Shown piece by piece: positions 30,907 through 40,738 of a stretch of DNA of 64,000 nucleotides (the first letter of the stretch is position 1; the number at the start of each line of letters is the position of its first letter). The notes beneath the pieces are model-generated. The model did no database searches. It was not told the DNA's origin and saw only the letters and a program-made list of their open reading frames with translations. The stretch is from contig JAUSJO010000005.1 of NCBI GenBank assembly GCA_030647205.1, positions 10,523 to 74,522 of the forward strand, given 5' to 3'. A program made the position numbers and the translations under genes. Source of the stretch: a bacterium. Its GTDB lineage: Bacteria; Patescibacteriota; CPR2; UBA1875; JAJYID01.

Positions 30907-33021
30907 ATGGAGAACATGGCGGATTTTTTAAATGACTTAAATGATATGCAAAAAGAGGCGGTAAGGCATACCGAAGGGCCTCTTCTTATATTAGCCGGAG
31001 CGGGGAGCGGAAAGACAAAGACGCTTGTTTATCGCATTGCATACTTAATTAGTGATAAAAATGTAGAGCCGGAGAGGATTCTGGCGGTGACATTCACAAA
31101 CAAAGCGGCAAAAGAGATGATTACTCGTGTTGAGAAATTGATTGGTCATACGGGTCGCAGACCTATAATGGGCACGTTTCACTCTATTTGCGCTAAGATT
31201 TTGCGTAAGGAAATAGGTGTTTTGGGCTATAAATCGAGCTTTACTATCTATGACTCTGGCGATTCTCTGCGAGCGGTAAAAATTGCCATGAAGGAGCTCC
31301 AGATTGATGAGAAAAAGATTAATCCGAAAACTATCCGAAACTATATTTCTTCGGCAAAAAATGAGCTGATTGGCTCAGAAGAGTATTCGGCGCTTTCCAA
31401 CGGCTATATCCAGGAAATGGCCGCAAAAGTGTATTTTGAGTACGAAAAGATACTGCAGAAAGCTCATGCGCTTGATTTTGATGATTTAATCATGCGGACT
31501 GTAGAGATATTTCAGAAGTTCCCTGAAGTTCTAGAGAAGTATCGTCGTCAGTTTAAATATATTCATATAGATGAGTATCAGGATACGAACCATGCGCAGT
31601 ATGTTTTTTCTAAACTTTTGGCGGAAAAGTATGGGAATATTTGTGTGGTTGGGGACGACTGGCAGAGCGTCTATGCATTTCGTGGCGCGAACTTCCAGAA
31701 TATTTTAGACTTTGAAAAGGACTATCCGAACACCAAAGTTGTGAAGCTTGAACAAAATTATAGATCAACAAAAACAATTCTAGACGCTGCTCATCATATA
31801 ATAAAAAAGAACGAAAACAGGAGCGATAAAGAGCTTTGGACGCAGAACGTTTTAGGCGTGCCTGTGCTTACTTTTGAGGCTAGAGACGAGGTTGAAGAGG
31901 GAAGATTCATCATTGAAGAGGTCAACAATATGGCACGGGATTTAAGCGATTTTGCTATTTTATATCGCACAAATGCCCAGTCAAGATCACTCGAAGAACA
32001 GTTTCTAAAAGCAGGTATGAAATATCGAATATTCGGTGGGGTTAGGTTCTATGAAAGAAAGGAAGTTAAAGACATCGTTTCGTATCTCAGATTTATCGAA
32101 AATCCTAAAGATTGGGTTAGTTTGGAGCGGATTATAAATGTTCCGGCAAGGGGGATTGGGGCAGTTTCACTTACGAAACTGAAAGATTTATTTCTTGAGC
32201 TAGAGTTAAAAGAAATTCTAGACAAAGTTATAGAAGAAAAGATACTTTCAGCTAAAACCGCTGCTAAATTCGAGGAATTTATGAAGCTGATTATGAAGCT
32301 TCAAGAAGAAAAAGATACGATGCAGATAACCAAATTCATCGAGCATGTTATGAAAAAGAGCGGATACTATGATTCGCTGGATGATAAAACAATTCAGGGC
32401 GAGGAAAGGCAGGAAAACTTGAAGGAGCTTCTTTCTGTGGCTGAGGAATATGCGAAAGATAATGAGAAACTAACCCTCGGTGATTTTCTTGAGGAGGTGG
32501 CACTGATTTCTGATCTGGATAACTACTCTGAGGACGAAAAGTCGGTAACTTTGATGACATTACATTCGGCGAAGGGCCTGGAATTTCCGGTTGTTTTTAT
32601 TACCGGCATGGAAGAGGGCATCTTTCCGCATTCAAGGAGCCAGCTAGACTTTGAAGAGATGGAAGAGGAGAGAAGACTTGCATATGTCGGTATCACGAGG
32701 GCGGAGGAAAGAGTATACCTAATAAATGCTCGTAGGCGGCTCCTATATGGAAACTACCAAACAAGTCCTGTGTCTAGATTTATTTCAGATATCCCGGGCG
32801 AGTTTAGGAAAAATATCAATAGATTTGAAACAGGGCTAGATGCCAAAATTTATGAGAAAAAAATCCCGCAGTTTATGCCGGGAGAAAAAGTTTTGCATGA
32901 TAAATTTGGCGCAGGGATTGTACAAGACGTGAAAGGTGATGAGATGACTGTGTCGTTTGAAAAGTTAGTTGGGGTAAAAGTTCTCTCGACCATTTATGCG
33001 CCGATAGAGAAGATAAATTAA
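30907..33021 (+). CDS. pcrA: ATP-dependent DNA helicase PcrA/UvrD family
   Basis: Segments LNDMQKEAV, LILAGAGSGKTKTL, VTFTNKAAKEM, DEYQDTN and VGDDWQSVYAFRGA. Length is 704 aa. Confidence 0.85.
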   Translation: MENMADFLNDLNDMQKEAVRHTEGPLLILAGAGSGKTKTLVYRIAYLISDKNVEPERILAVTFTNKAAKEMITRVEKLIGHTGRRPIMGTFHSICAKILRKEIGVLGYKSSFTIYDSGDSLRAVKIAMKELQIDEKKINPKTIRNYISSAKNELIGSEEYSALSNGYIQEMAAKVYFEYEKILQKAHALDFDDLIMRTVEIFQKFPEVLEKYRRQFKYIHIDEYQDTNHAQYVFSKLLAEKYGNICVVGDDWQSVYAFRGANFQNILDFEKDYPNTKVVKLEQNYRSTKTILDAAHHIIKKNENRSDKELWTQNVLGVPVLTFEARDEVEEGRFIIEEVNNMARDLSDFAILYRTNAQSRSLEEQFLKAGMKYRIFGGVRFYERKEVKDIVSYLRFIENPKDWVSLERIINVPARGIGAVSLTKLKDLFLELELKEILDKVIEEKILSAKTAAKFEEFMKLIMKLQEEKDTMQITKFIEHVMKKSGYYDSLDDKTIQGEERQENLKELLSVAEEYAKDNEKLTLGDFLEEVALISDLDNYSEDEKSVTLMTLHSAKGLEFPVVFITGMEEGIFPHSRSQLDFEEMEEERRLAYVGITRAEERVYLINARRRLLYGNYQTSPVSRFISDIPGEFRKNINRFETGLDAKIYEKKIPQFMPGEKVLHDKFGAGIVQDVKGDEMTVSFEKLVGVKVLSTIYAPIEKIN

Positions 33022-33032
33022 CATAGTTTGTC

Positions 33033-33052
33033 ATTCCCGCGGAGGCGGGAAT
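33033..33052 (+). terminator. Hairpin after pcrA (8-bp GC-rich stem, 4-nt loop), possible terminator
   Basis: ATTCCCGC-GGAG-GCGGGAAT. The downstream U-tract is weak. Confidence 0.35.
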
Positions 33053-33486
33053 CTAGTCTTCCTTTAATATAATTTCCACTTTTTTAGAAAAAGTCATTTT
33101 AGTAATTACTTTTTGATAGCAAAAAATCATTTATCCACTTTTGTTTGGGCAAAAGTGGAGCAAAACCCACCGACTAGCACTACGAAATAGATAAAACTAA
33201 TAAAAATTTATCATTCAAAACACGAAGCGTTTCACTAGAGCGTGCTTTTGTCCTAAAGGAACATTCTAAATTTTTAAGTTTTATTAACGACGTAAAGCGA
33301 GAGATGTAAAAAGTAATCTTTTTATATCTGAGCCGAGGAGTTAAAATATTTAACTATTTCTCCGTGATGTCGGGAAGACTCAATCCTCTCTTTGGAAAAA
33401 TCACGCCGGGGAATACGCGCGCTCCTTCAATTAGATATCCAATAAGAAAATACAAATCCAACAACCGCGACATCCCATAAAAGTCC

Positions 33487-33515
33487 TTGACATGGGATAG
33501 GCAAATCAGTAGAAT
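33487..33515 (+). promoter_or_regulatory. Near-consensus sigma70-type promoter (TTGACA-17-TAGAAT)
   Basis: TTGACA at 33487-33492, a 17-nt spacer, and TAGAAT at 33510-33515. Confidence 0.6.
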
Positions 33516-33555
33516 AGTCCGCGTACCTATAAAAAGCAGGTAGGACACGGGTGAT

Positions 33556-34809
33556 TTGGGCAAAACAAAAACAAACCCTCTAGATTCTCTATTATTAAAG
33601 AGGCAGGTGTTTATTTTACTAGGCAGAACGAAAAATTATTTTTTCAATTCTCATCTAAAAATCAATTCAGCAATATCGCTTCTGGCATTTATGCCACTTT
33701 TTGCGGTTGCCTTCTCGACAAATCCGGTTAAAAACGGAAGTGTTATAAATGGCGTGGAAACTCCGCTTCATGTAGTTTGTGATGGGAATGTTTATGATAC
33801 TAAGACAAAGGCAAATGTTGTCAGCGAAGCCCTCAAAGGAACGGACTGCGGATATAATGAAAACGATCTTGTTTCTCCGGCGCCGGAAACTAAGCTAGAC
33901 GGTGCTCTCGCAGATATTTTTGTGACGAAAGCGACTCCGGTAACAGTAGTGGATGGCGGCAATGTCATAATGGCAAAAAGCGCATATAAAACTGCTGCTG
34001 ATATTTTAAAACAACTAAAGATTACAGTATTTACGGAAGATAAGGTTTCGTCAGAACTTATCATGTCGGACTTTGGAGATAACGGCTTGGGGCAGAAGAT
34101 TACAATTATCAGAACCCCGGCTGTTATTTTAGAGGCCGATGGAAAAATTGCAGAAGTCAGGACCTCAAAAGGAACAGTGAGCGACTTTCTGGCGGAAAAA
34201 AAGATTACTCTTGGTTCAAAAGATGAGGTGGTTCCTGCGGTAACGTCTGTGATTAGCCGTGGTATGAAGGTTACCGTGACCAGAGTAACTGAAACTGATG
34301 TTACTGAAGATGAGGTTATTCCTTTTAGTACCATTGAGAAGAAAGATTTTAATGTATATCAAGGGCAAACCAGCGTAGAGTCAGAAGGTCTAAACGGCTT
34401 GAAGAGAAAAGTTTCCAGAGTCGTAAACAGAAATGGTGTCCTGGCGAGCAAGACTCTTCTATCTGAAACAGTCATTCAAGCTTCAAAGAATAAAGTAGTT
34501 GTAATCGGCGTAAAGCCTTATGGTCACCAAGAACTTTGGGCAATAATGGTAGCAGCTGGAGCACAATGGGGTGTCGACCCATCACAAATTTATCGGGTTG
34601 GAATGTGTGAAAGTGGTCTCACTCCTTCTAGAGTAGGCATGGCTTATGGTCTAATGCAGTACCAGAAGCCAACTTGGGTAAATGGGAGTAATAAGTATCC
34701 GGGTGGTAGATTTCGAGGAGCATCTATTTTTGATCCCACAGCCCAGATATATGTAACAGCTTGGAAGGTTTCCACAAATGGATGGAGAGAATGGACTTGT
34801 AAACCGTAG
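33556..34809 (+). CDS. RpfB-like secreted protein (DUF348-type repeats, G5 domain, C-terminal Rpf/transglycosylase-like domain)
   Basis: Rpf-like segment MCESGLTPSRVGMAYGLMQYQKPTW. G5-like region around GLKRKVSRVV. Signal-like hydrophobic segment ISLLAFMPLFAVAFS. The TTG start at 33556 is uncertain. Confidence 0.65.
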   Translation: MGKTKTNPLDSLLLKRQVFILLGRTKNYFFNSHLKINSAISLLAFMPLFAVAFSTNPVKNGSVINGVETPLHVVCDGNVYDTKTKANVVSEALKGTDCGYNENDLVSPAPETKLDGALADIFVTKATPVTVVDGGNVIMAKSAYKTAADILKQLKITVFTEDKVSSELIMSDFGDNGLGQKITIIRTPAVILEADGKIAEVRTSKGTVSDFLAEKKITLGSKDEVVPAVTSVISRGMKVTVTRVTETDVTEDEVIPFSTIEKKDFNVYQGQTSVESEGLNGLKRKVSRVVNRNGVLASKTLLSETVIQASKNKVVVIGVKPYGHQELWAIMVAAGAQWGVDPSQIYRVGMCESGLTPSRVGMAYGLMQYQKPTWVNGSNKYPGGRFRGASIFDPTAQIYVTAWKVSTNGWREWTCKP

Positions 34810-34860
34810 GTAGATTAGTGGGTTAATGGGTGAGTAGGCAAATAGGTTGAAATTGTTTTC

Positions 34861-34905
34861 AAGGACAGTTCTTGCAGGAATGTAAGGACTGTCCTTTTTG
34901 GTTTT
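34861..34905 (+). terminator. Intrinsic terminator after the rpfB-like gene
   Basis: AAGGACAGT...ACTGTCCTT gives a 9-bp stem followed by TTTTTGGTTTTGTTT. Confidence 0.55.
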
Positions 34906-35026
34906 GTTTGAGCCTTGATTGATCATTGGCACTTGATATTTGATTATTGAATAGACCCGAGTGTAATTATGGTAGCTAAGTAAGGTAAAATCAGCTATAA
35001 TGAGCAGGTAATCTAGAAGGAAACTC

Positions 35027-35902
35027 GTGGATTTAACAAACATTTTAGAACTAAAGAAACTCTTAAAAACCTATGGAGCTTGGCCGAATAAAGATTTGGG
35101 CCAGCATTTTTTGACTGACAAAAATGTTCTAGAGAAAATGATTGAAACGGCCGATTTAAATAAAAATGATGTCGTGGTTGAGGTCGGGCCGGGGATTGGC
35201 ATTATGACGAAGGAGCTCGCCAAAAGAGCCAAGAAGGTTCATGCGATAGAGATTGATCCTAAGATTGCCGAAATACTTTCGACCATATGCGTTCAATATC
35301 CGAACTTGAAGATTGTGAGGGGGGATATCAGGGACTTTGACCCGAAAGGCATCGGCAGGTACAAGGTGGTGGCAAATCTGCCTTACTATATAACCTCGCA
35401 TATAATAAAGAAATTTTTGGAAGAAAAGAACAAACCGGAAACAATAACGGTTTTGATACAGAGAGAAGTTGCTGAGCGTATTTGCGCCAAGCCGGGGAGG
35501 ATGAGCATACTGGCGGTTGCCGTTCAGTTTTATGGTATACCGGAAATAAAGGAGCTCGTGTCGCCGCTGGCATTTTTCCCATCACCGAAAGTATACTCTG
35601 CAATTTTGAAGATAAAAGTTTTCAAAGAGCCGCTTTTTGAGGGCGTTAATACAAAAGCATTTTTCCGTTTGGTAAAAGCGGGATTTGGCGAGAAGAGAAA
35701 GATGCTTGCAAACTCTATGTCCGGTGGTCTGGGGATTGAGAAAGAGTTGGCGGAAAAGCTTCTGCGGGGAGCCGGCGTGGAGCCGATGCTCCGGGCGGAG
35801 AGGTTGTCGCTGGATGATTGGCGCAGAATTTATCTTGTATTTACAAAATATTTAAAACTTGGAGATGTCCATGAAAAGGCTACGGATAAAAGTGATTGGT
35901 GA
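35027..35902 (+). CDS. rsmA: 16S rRNA (adenine1518/1519-N6)-dimethyltransferase
   Basis: GTG start. Segments GQHFLTDKNVL, VVEVGPGIGIMTKEL and NLPYYITS. Confidence 0.85.
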   Translation: MDLTNILELKKLLKTYGAWPNKDLGQHFLTDKNVLEKMIETADLNKNDVVVEVGPGIGIMTKELAKRAKKVHAIEIDPKIAEILSTICVQYPNLKIVRGDIRDFDPKGIGRYKVVANLPYYITSHIIKKFLEEKNKPETITVLIQREVAERICAKPGRMSILAVAVQFYGIPEIKELVSPLAFFPSPKVYSAILKIKVFKEPLFEGVNTKAFFRLVKAGFGEKRKMLANSMSGGLGIEKELAEKLLRGAGVEPMLRAERLSLDDWRRIYLVFTKYLKLGDVHEKATDKSDW

Positions 35903-36140
35903 TGTTCAGGGTGTTTTCTATCGATTTAGCGCAAAGATAGTCGCGGATGACGCCGGAATAACCGGTTGGGCGCAAAATGAGCCCGATGGCAGCGTTTCTA
36001 TGGTTATAGAAGGTAAAGATGAGGTACTAGAGAAATTCACGCAGTGGGCAGAGGAAGGCTCGCCAATGGCCGCGGTAGAGAAAGTTTTGGTGTCAGAGGA
36101 AGAGTATACAGGTGAGTTTAAAAAGTTTGAGGTTAAATAA
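35871..36140 (+). CDS. acyP: Acylphosphatase
   Basis: Sequence MKRLRIKVIGDVQGVFYRF...GWAQNEPDGSV...EG. It overlaps the rsmA 3' end by at least 32 nt in another frame. The ORF-track start at 35859 is also possible. Confidence 0.75.
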   Translation: MKRLRIKVIGDVQGVFYRFSAKIVADDAGITGWAQNEPDGSVSMVIEGKDEVLEKFTQWAEEGSPMAAVEKVLVSEEEYTGEFKKFEVK

Positions 36141-36793
36141 TGTTATATATAGTTTCCACTCCAATAGGCAATCTTTCCGATATAACCTTGAGAGCGCTTG
36201 AAGTGCTTAAAGAAGTTGATTTGATCGCCTGTGAAGACACAAGACATACGAAGATACTTTTGGACAAGTATGAAATTGATAAGAAGTTAATAAGCTATCA
36301 TCAGCACTCGGGCGAGGCGAAGATAGCCCAGATAATCGGTTTGCTTGAAGAAGGTAAAGATGTGGCAATTGTGACTGATGCAGGCACGCCCGGGATATCC
36401 GACCCGGGAAGCAAGTTGATAAAAAAGGCGATTGAGGCTCATATTGACGTTACCTCCATACCGGGACCGGCCGCTTTTACATCGGCACTATCGGTAAGCG
36501 GGTTTGATACATCAGAGTTTGTGTTCATAGGGTTCCTCCCACATAAAAAAGGTAGGCAAACAAAGCTTAATGGGATTGCCGGGGAGAAAAGGACAGTAGC
36601 GTTGTATGAGTCGGTTCATCGAATAAATAAATTGCTCGGAGAATTAAACGAGGTAATACCCGACAGAGACATATGCGTAACACGTGAGCTAACCAAGAAA
36701 TTTGAGGAAATTTATCGTGGAAAACCGGGTGAGATTGAGGGTAAAGTAAAAGAAAAAGGCGAGTTTGCGGTCGTAATAGAAGGGAAGAAATGA
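36140..36793 (+). CDS. rsmI: 16S rRNA (cytidine1402-2'-O)-methyltransferase
   Basis: N-terminus MLYIVSTPIGNLSDITLRALEVLKEVDLIACEDTRHT. Later segment GTPGISDPG. Confidence 0.85.
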   Translation: MLYIVSTPIGNLSDITLRALEVLKEVDLIACEDTRHTKILLDKYEIDKKLISYHQHSGEAKIAQIIGLLEEGKDVAIVTDAGTPGISDPGSKLIKKAIEAHIDVTSIPGPAAFTSALSVSGFDTSEFVFIGFLPHKKGRQTKLNGIAGEKRTVALYESVHRINKLLGELNEVIPDRDICVTRELTKKFEEIYRGKPGEIEGKVKEKGEFAVVIEGKK

Positions 36794-37404
36794 TAAAAAC
36801 AATTATTTTTGATAACCATGGGGTTATAACATCCAGTACCAGAGATGGAGCAACGGAAAAGTTCTCCCATTTTTTGGGCGTGAGCTATGACGAGTTTGAA
36901 CGTGTTTGGGATACCCTTGAAGGCGATGTTGATGAGGGGAAGATTACAAACGAGGAATTCTTGCTAGAGTTGATGGCGAAAACTGGCTCCCATAAAGATA
37001 TCGAGGGGTTTAGAAAACTTTATTTTTCCAGCTACTATCCAAAGAAGGATGTTCAGGAGTTTGCGAAGGAACTTGGCAAGAAATTTGAAATAGTGCTTCT
37101 AACCAACTTTAGTGATGCTTTCGACGAAGCTAATAAGAGATGGCAGCTTGAAAAAATATTTGGAGATAAAATATTTGTTTCGGGGAAACTTAGGATGAGA
37201 AAGCCCAATGATGATATTTACCTGTATGTTTTGAAAAAGCTAGGGAAGAGACCGGAGGAAACAGTATTCATAGATGATAATCCTGAGTTTATCGAAACGG
37301 CGAAGCGGCTTGGGATGCATACAATCCTCTTCAAATCGCTTAAACAGGCAGAAAAGGGCCTAGAAAATATACTCAAGGACGATTATGCCAAAAAAACCGA
37401 CTAA
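36790..37404 (+). CDS. HAD-superfamily hydrolase, tandem paralog 1
   Basis: Motif I IIFDNHGVI. C-terminal segment RKPNDDIY...FIDDN. Confidence 0.7.
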   Translation: MIKTIIFDNHGVITSSTRDGATEKFSHFLGVSYDEFERVWDTLEGDVDEGKITNEEFLLELMAKTGSHKDIEGFRKLYFSSYYPKKDVQEFAKELGKKFEIVLLTNFSDAFDEANKRWQLEKIFGDKIFVSGKLRMRKPNDDIYLYVLKKLGKRPEETVFIDDNPEFIETAKRLGMHTILFKSLKQAEKGLENILKDDYAKKTD

Positions 37405-38020
37405 AGAGAAAAAAATAAAAGTTATTATTTTTGATAATAATGGAGTTTTGACTACAAACGATAGTGAAGACGGATACAATAAAGTGGCCGAATTTTTGGA
37501 GGTAGAAACTCATGTTTTGAAGCCGGTTTGGTCGGGGGAACTTGCTCAAGCATTGGATGAGGGCAAGATAACTTGTGATGATTTCTTGAAAAATGTTATG
37601 TCCATGGTCGGGGCAGAAAAGGACCTGGATGATTTTCGCAGCTTCTACCTTGGTAGATACGTGCAAAAGCATGAGGTGAGAGATTTCGCGAAAAGGATCG
37701 GTAATGATTTTGAGATAGCGCTTCTTACGAACTTCGGTGATGGTTTCCACGAGTTCAACAAAAGGTGGAAACTCGAAGAGATATTTGAAGAAGATAAGAT
37801 ATTTCTTTCTTGTGATATGAAAATGAGAAAGCCGAATGATGATATTTTTCTTTCCGCGCTTGAAAGTCTTGGTAGGAAGCCGGAAGAAGCGGTTTTTATA
37901 GACGATAATCACGATAATATAGATACAGCCGGAAGGCTGGGGATGGCTACAATATTGTTTGAATCGCTAGAACAAGTGGAAAAAGACCTCCAAAATATAT
38001 TACAATACGATTATGCCTAA
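37385..38020 (+). CDS. HAD-superfamily hydrolase, tandem paralog 2
   Basis: Motif I VIIFDNNGVL. C-terminal segment RKPNDDIF...FIDDN. About 50% identical to paralog 1. Confidence 0.7.
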   Translation: MPKKPTKEKKIKVIIFDNNGVLTTNDSEDGYNKVAEFLEVETHVLKPVWSGELAQALDEGKITCDDFLKNVMSMVGAEKDLDDFRSFYLGRYVQKHEVRDFAKRIGNDFEIALLTNFGDGFHEFNKRWKLEEIFEEDKIFLSCDMKMRKPNDDIFLSALESLGRKPEEAVFIDDNHDNIDTAGRLGMATILFESLEQVEKDLQNILQYDYA

Positions 38021-39488
38021 AAAGTTTTACATAGCAACATCTATACCTTATGCTAACGGAGCGCCTCACATGGGTCATCCGCTTGATCCTTTGTACGCGG
38101 ATGTTTTGGCTAGATATTATCGCAGCAATGGGTACGATGTGTTTTTCCTTGTTGGTTTGGATGAAAATGGGCAGACCGTATACAACAAAGCAAAGTGTGC
38201 CGGGGTTCCTATCGAAGATTTTGTCGAGGAAATCAGATCAAAGTTTATTCAAATGCACGAGAAAATAAATGACACTTACGATGGATTTATTAGAACAACT
38301 GATGAGAAAAATCACTGGCCAACCGCGCAAGAAATTTGGAAAAGGGCGCAAGATAATGGCGATATTTATAAGAAAAACTACAAAGGCTTGTATTGCGTTG
38401 GTTGTGAGGAGTTCAAACTGGAAAGGGATCTGGTTGACGGCAAATGTCCGGATCATCTGACAAAACCGGAAGAGATAGAGGAAGAGAACTACTTTTTTGC
38501 TCTTTCAAAGTATCAGGATTTTCTCTTGGATTTATTTGATAAGAATAAAGATTTTGTATATCCGCAAAATAAATATAATGAGGCGTATCAGATCATAAAA
38601 GGCGGACTTGAGGACGTCAGTATTTCTCGGCCGAAGACACGGCTTCCGTGGGGAGTGCCTGTGCCGGGCGATGATGATCATGTGATGTATGTCTGGTTTG
38701 ACGCTCTGACGAATTATCTCTCAGGAATAGGTTTTACATCCGACAAGAAAAAGTTTGAAAAATACTGGCCGGCAGATATTCAAATAGTGGGTAAAGATAA
38801 TAACAAATGGCACTCCATACTCTGGCCGGCAATGCTGAAATCTGCAGGACTTGAAATACCTAAAAAAATATTGGTTCATAGCTATGTACTAGCAAAGGGT
38901 AATGTGAAGATGAGTAAAACCATCGGCAATGTAGTTGACCCAATAGAAATGATAGACAAGTACGGCGCAGATGCATTTCGCTACTTCATCCTTTCGAAGA
39001 TACCTATCGATACGGATGGCGCATTTGACGAGGATCATTTCAGAGAGGTGTATAACTCAGAGTTGTCAAATAAGTTGGGAAATCTTCTGCAAAGGACGAT
39101 CTCAATGATTAACCGTTACGATGTAAAAATACCAAAGTCAGAAAAAAAGGAACTCCGAGATGCTTTGCTAGATAATCTGAGTAAAACAAAAATGACCTTA
39201 CGTGAACAGGTAAACGAGGAAACTGAACTGTTGCGTTTTGGTAATGCCTTGTCCCTTATATGGACACATGGGGTCGATGTTTTAAACGAATATTTTGAAA
39301 AAAACAAACCTTGGGAAATCGCAAAGAGTAATCCGGAAAAAGCAGCAAAAGTTCTTCAAGATGTCCATGGATCTCTGCTGGTAATCGCGGGACTACTAGT
39401 GCCCTTTATGCCCGAAACATCGGAAAAAATGAAAGAACAACTTAAGACTCTAAAACCAGAACCGCTATTTCCCAGGCTAGAAAAATGA
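38013..39488 (+). CDS. metG: Methionyl-tRNA synthetase (short form)
   Basis: HIGH region PYANGAPHMGH and KMSKS region VKMSKTIGN. Segment CVGCEEF. Length is 491 aa. Confidence 0.85.
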   Translation: MPKKFYIATSIPYANGAPHMGHPLDPLYADVLARYYRSNGYDVFFLVGLDENGQTVYNKAKCAGVPIEDFVEEIRSKFIQMHEKINDTYDGFIRTTDEKNHWPTAQEIWKRAQDNGDIYKKNYKGLYCVGCEEFKLERDLVDGKCPDHLTKPEEIEEENYFFALSKYQDFLLDLFDKNKDFVYPQNKYNEAYQIIKGGLEDVSISRPKTRLPWGVPVPGDDDHVMYVWFDALTNYLSGIGFTSDKKKFEKYWPADIQIVGKDNNKWHSILWPAMLKSAGLEIPKKILVHSYVLAKGNVKMSKTIGNVVDPIEMIDKYGADAFRYFILSKIPIDTDGAFDEDHFREVYNSELSNKLGNLLQRTISMINRYDVKIPKSEKKELRDALLDNLSKTKMTLREQVNEETELLRFGNALSLIWTHGVDVLNEYFEKNKPWEIAKSNPEKAAKVLQDVHGSLLVIAGLLVPFMPETSEKMKEQLKTLKPEPLFPRLEK

Positions 39489-39523
39489 TAGATTCTCGTT
39501 TCGGCGAGAAGAGAGGGTAAAAA

Positions 39524-40738
39524 ATGATTCAGCATATAAGTCATCATTTATATCGAGGCAGAAAAAACACAGAACTTAACGAAATATATTTTTCCATGGG
39601 TTTTTATACCTTTGCGCTTTCACTGATCATGGTTTTTATCCCCATTTACTTTTATAGCTTGGGTTATGCGTTGCGGGAGATACTTTCTTATTACATTTTT
39701 GTTTATTCATTTTTGGCGATTGGGGTTGTCCTTGCCGGCTGGCTTGTTACGCGTTTCGGGGCAAAACATATTATAGCTTTGAGCTTGCCTATAACCGCCA
39801 TTAGTTTTGTCCTCTTGCTGACCTTAGGTACTTATCATTGGCCGATTTGGATTATTGCTTTTCTTTATGGTATCTCCCAAGCATTCTATTGGGTGGCATA
39901 TCATGATGATTTTTCAAAGGCAAAGCATAGGAAAGCTGCTGGCAAGGAAGTTGGTAGAATGCATGTTTTTACTGCCGTGGCCGGAGCCTTTGGACCGATT
40001 ATCGGAGGATTTGTCGGCCAGGCGATGGGACTTCCTTTCATGATGGGCATCACAGCATTTCTTTTAATCATTGCTGTCGTGCCACTTTTTAAGACCTCGG
40101 AAATTACAAAAAGAAGACCAATACAGAAAGAGAACTTTGATATAAAAAAGAATTGGAAGGATATAGTGTCATATGGCGGTCTTGGTGTGGAAACAACGGC
40201 ATCCGGTATTATCTGGCCGCTTTTTGTATTCATTTTAGTCGGCAATTTTGTCAAAGTAGGATCGATCACGACGATCGCTCTTTTAGTGATGATCGCAGTA
40301 ACTGTTTATGTAGGCAAGATGACTGACAAATATGAAAAAAGAAAAGTCTTGAGGGCTGGCGGTATTATAAACTTTGTCGGCTGTTCGTTGAGGACTTTAG
40401 CTACAAGCCTAAATCTTGCTTATATAATTAGCATTTTGTCGTCTACAGCGTTTATCTTTATAAACATCCCTTTTGTATCCGAATACTATTTGCGGGCAGA
40501 TGAAGAGCCAAGGATAGAGTACATTATGTCCATGGAAGTAGGGATTAACTTGATGAGAGTGCTGGGATTCTCGATGTTATTTATTTCCACGTTTTTTTTG
40601 AATACAAAAATGGTATTGGTTTTAGGGTTCGCTCTCGGTGCTGCCGGTGTGCTCCTATCGATGAATATAGGTAAGAGCAGCAGAAAAGAAAAGGCGAAGA
40701 TAAAAGTTCAAAGAGAAGTTGCAAGGGCAGGGGCATGA
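39524..40738 (+). CDS. Polytopic membrane transporter-like protein (MFS-like), tandem paralog 1
   Basis: 404 aa with about 10-12 hydrophobic helices. C-terminus KVQREVARAGA. Confidence 0.5.
   Translation: MIQHISHHLYRGRKNTELNEIYFSMGFYTFALSLIMVFIPIYFYSLGYALREILSYYIFVYSFLAIGVVLAGWLVTRFGAKHIIALSLPITAISFVLLLTLGTYHWPIWIIAFLYGISQAFYWVAYHDDFSKAKHRKAAGKEVGRMHVFTAVAGAFGPIIGGFVGQAMGLPFMMGITAFLLIIAVVPLFKTSEITKRRPIQKENFDIKKNWKDIVSYGGLGVETTASGIIWPLFVFILVGNFVKVGSITTIALLVMIAVTVYVGKMTDKYEKRKVLRAGGIINFVGCSLRTLATSLNLAYIISILSSTAFIFINIPFVSEYYLRADEEPRIEYIMSMEVGINLMRVLGFSMLFISTFFLNTKMVLVLGFALGAAGVLLSMNIGKSSRKEKAKIKVQREVARAGA

Noticed and set aside
33060-33160. DnaA-box-like TTATCCACT and an AT-rich gap suggesting oriC
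   Set aside because: There is a single 8/9 match with no cluster of boxes, and dnaA/dnaN are not adjacent. The region is better explained as a promoter or sRNA region.
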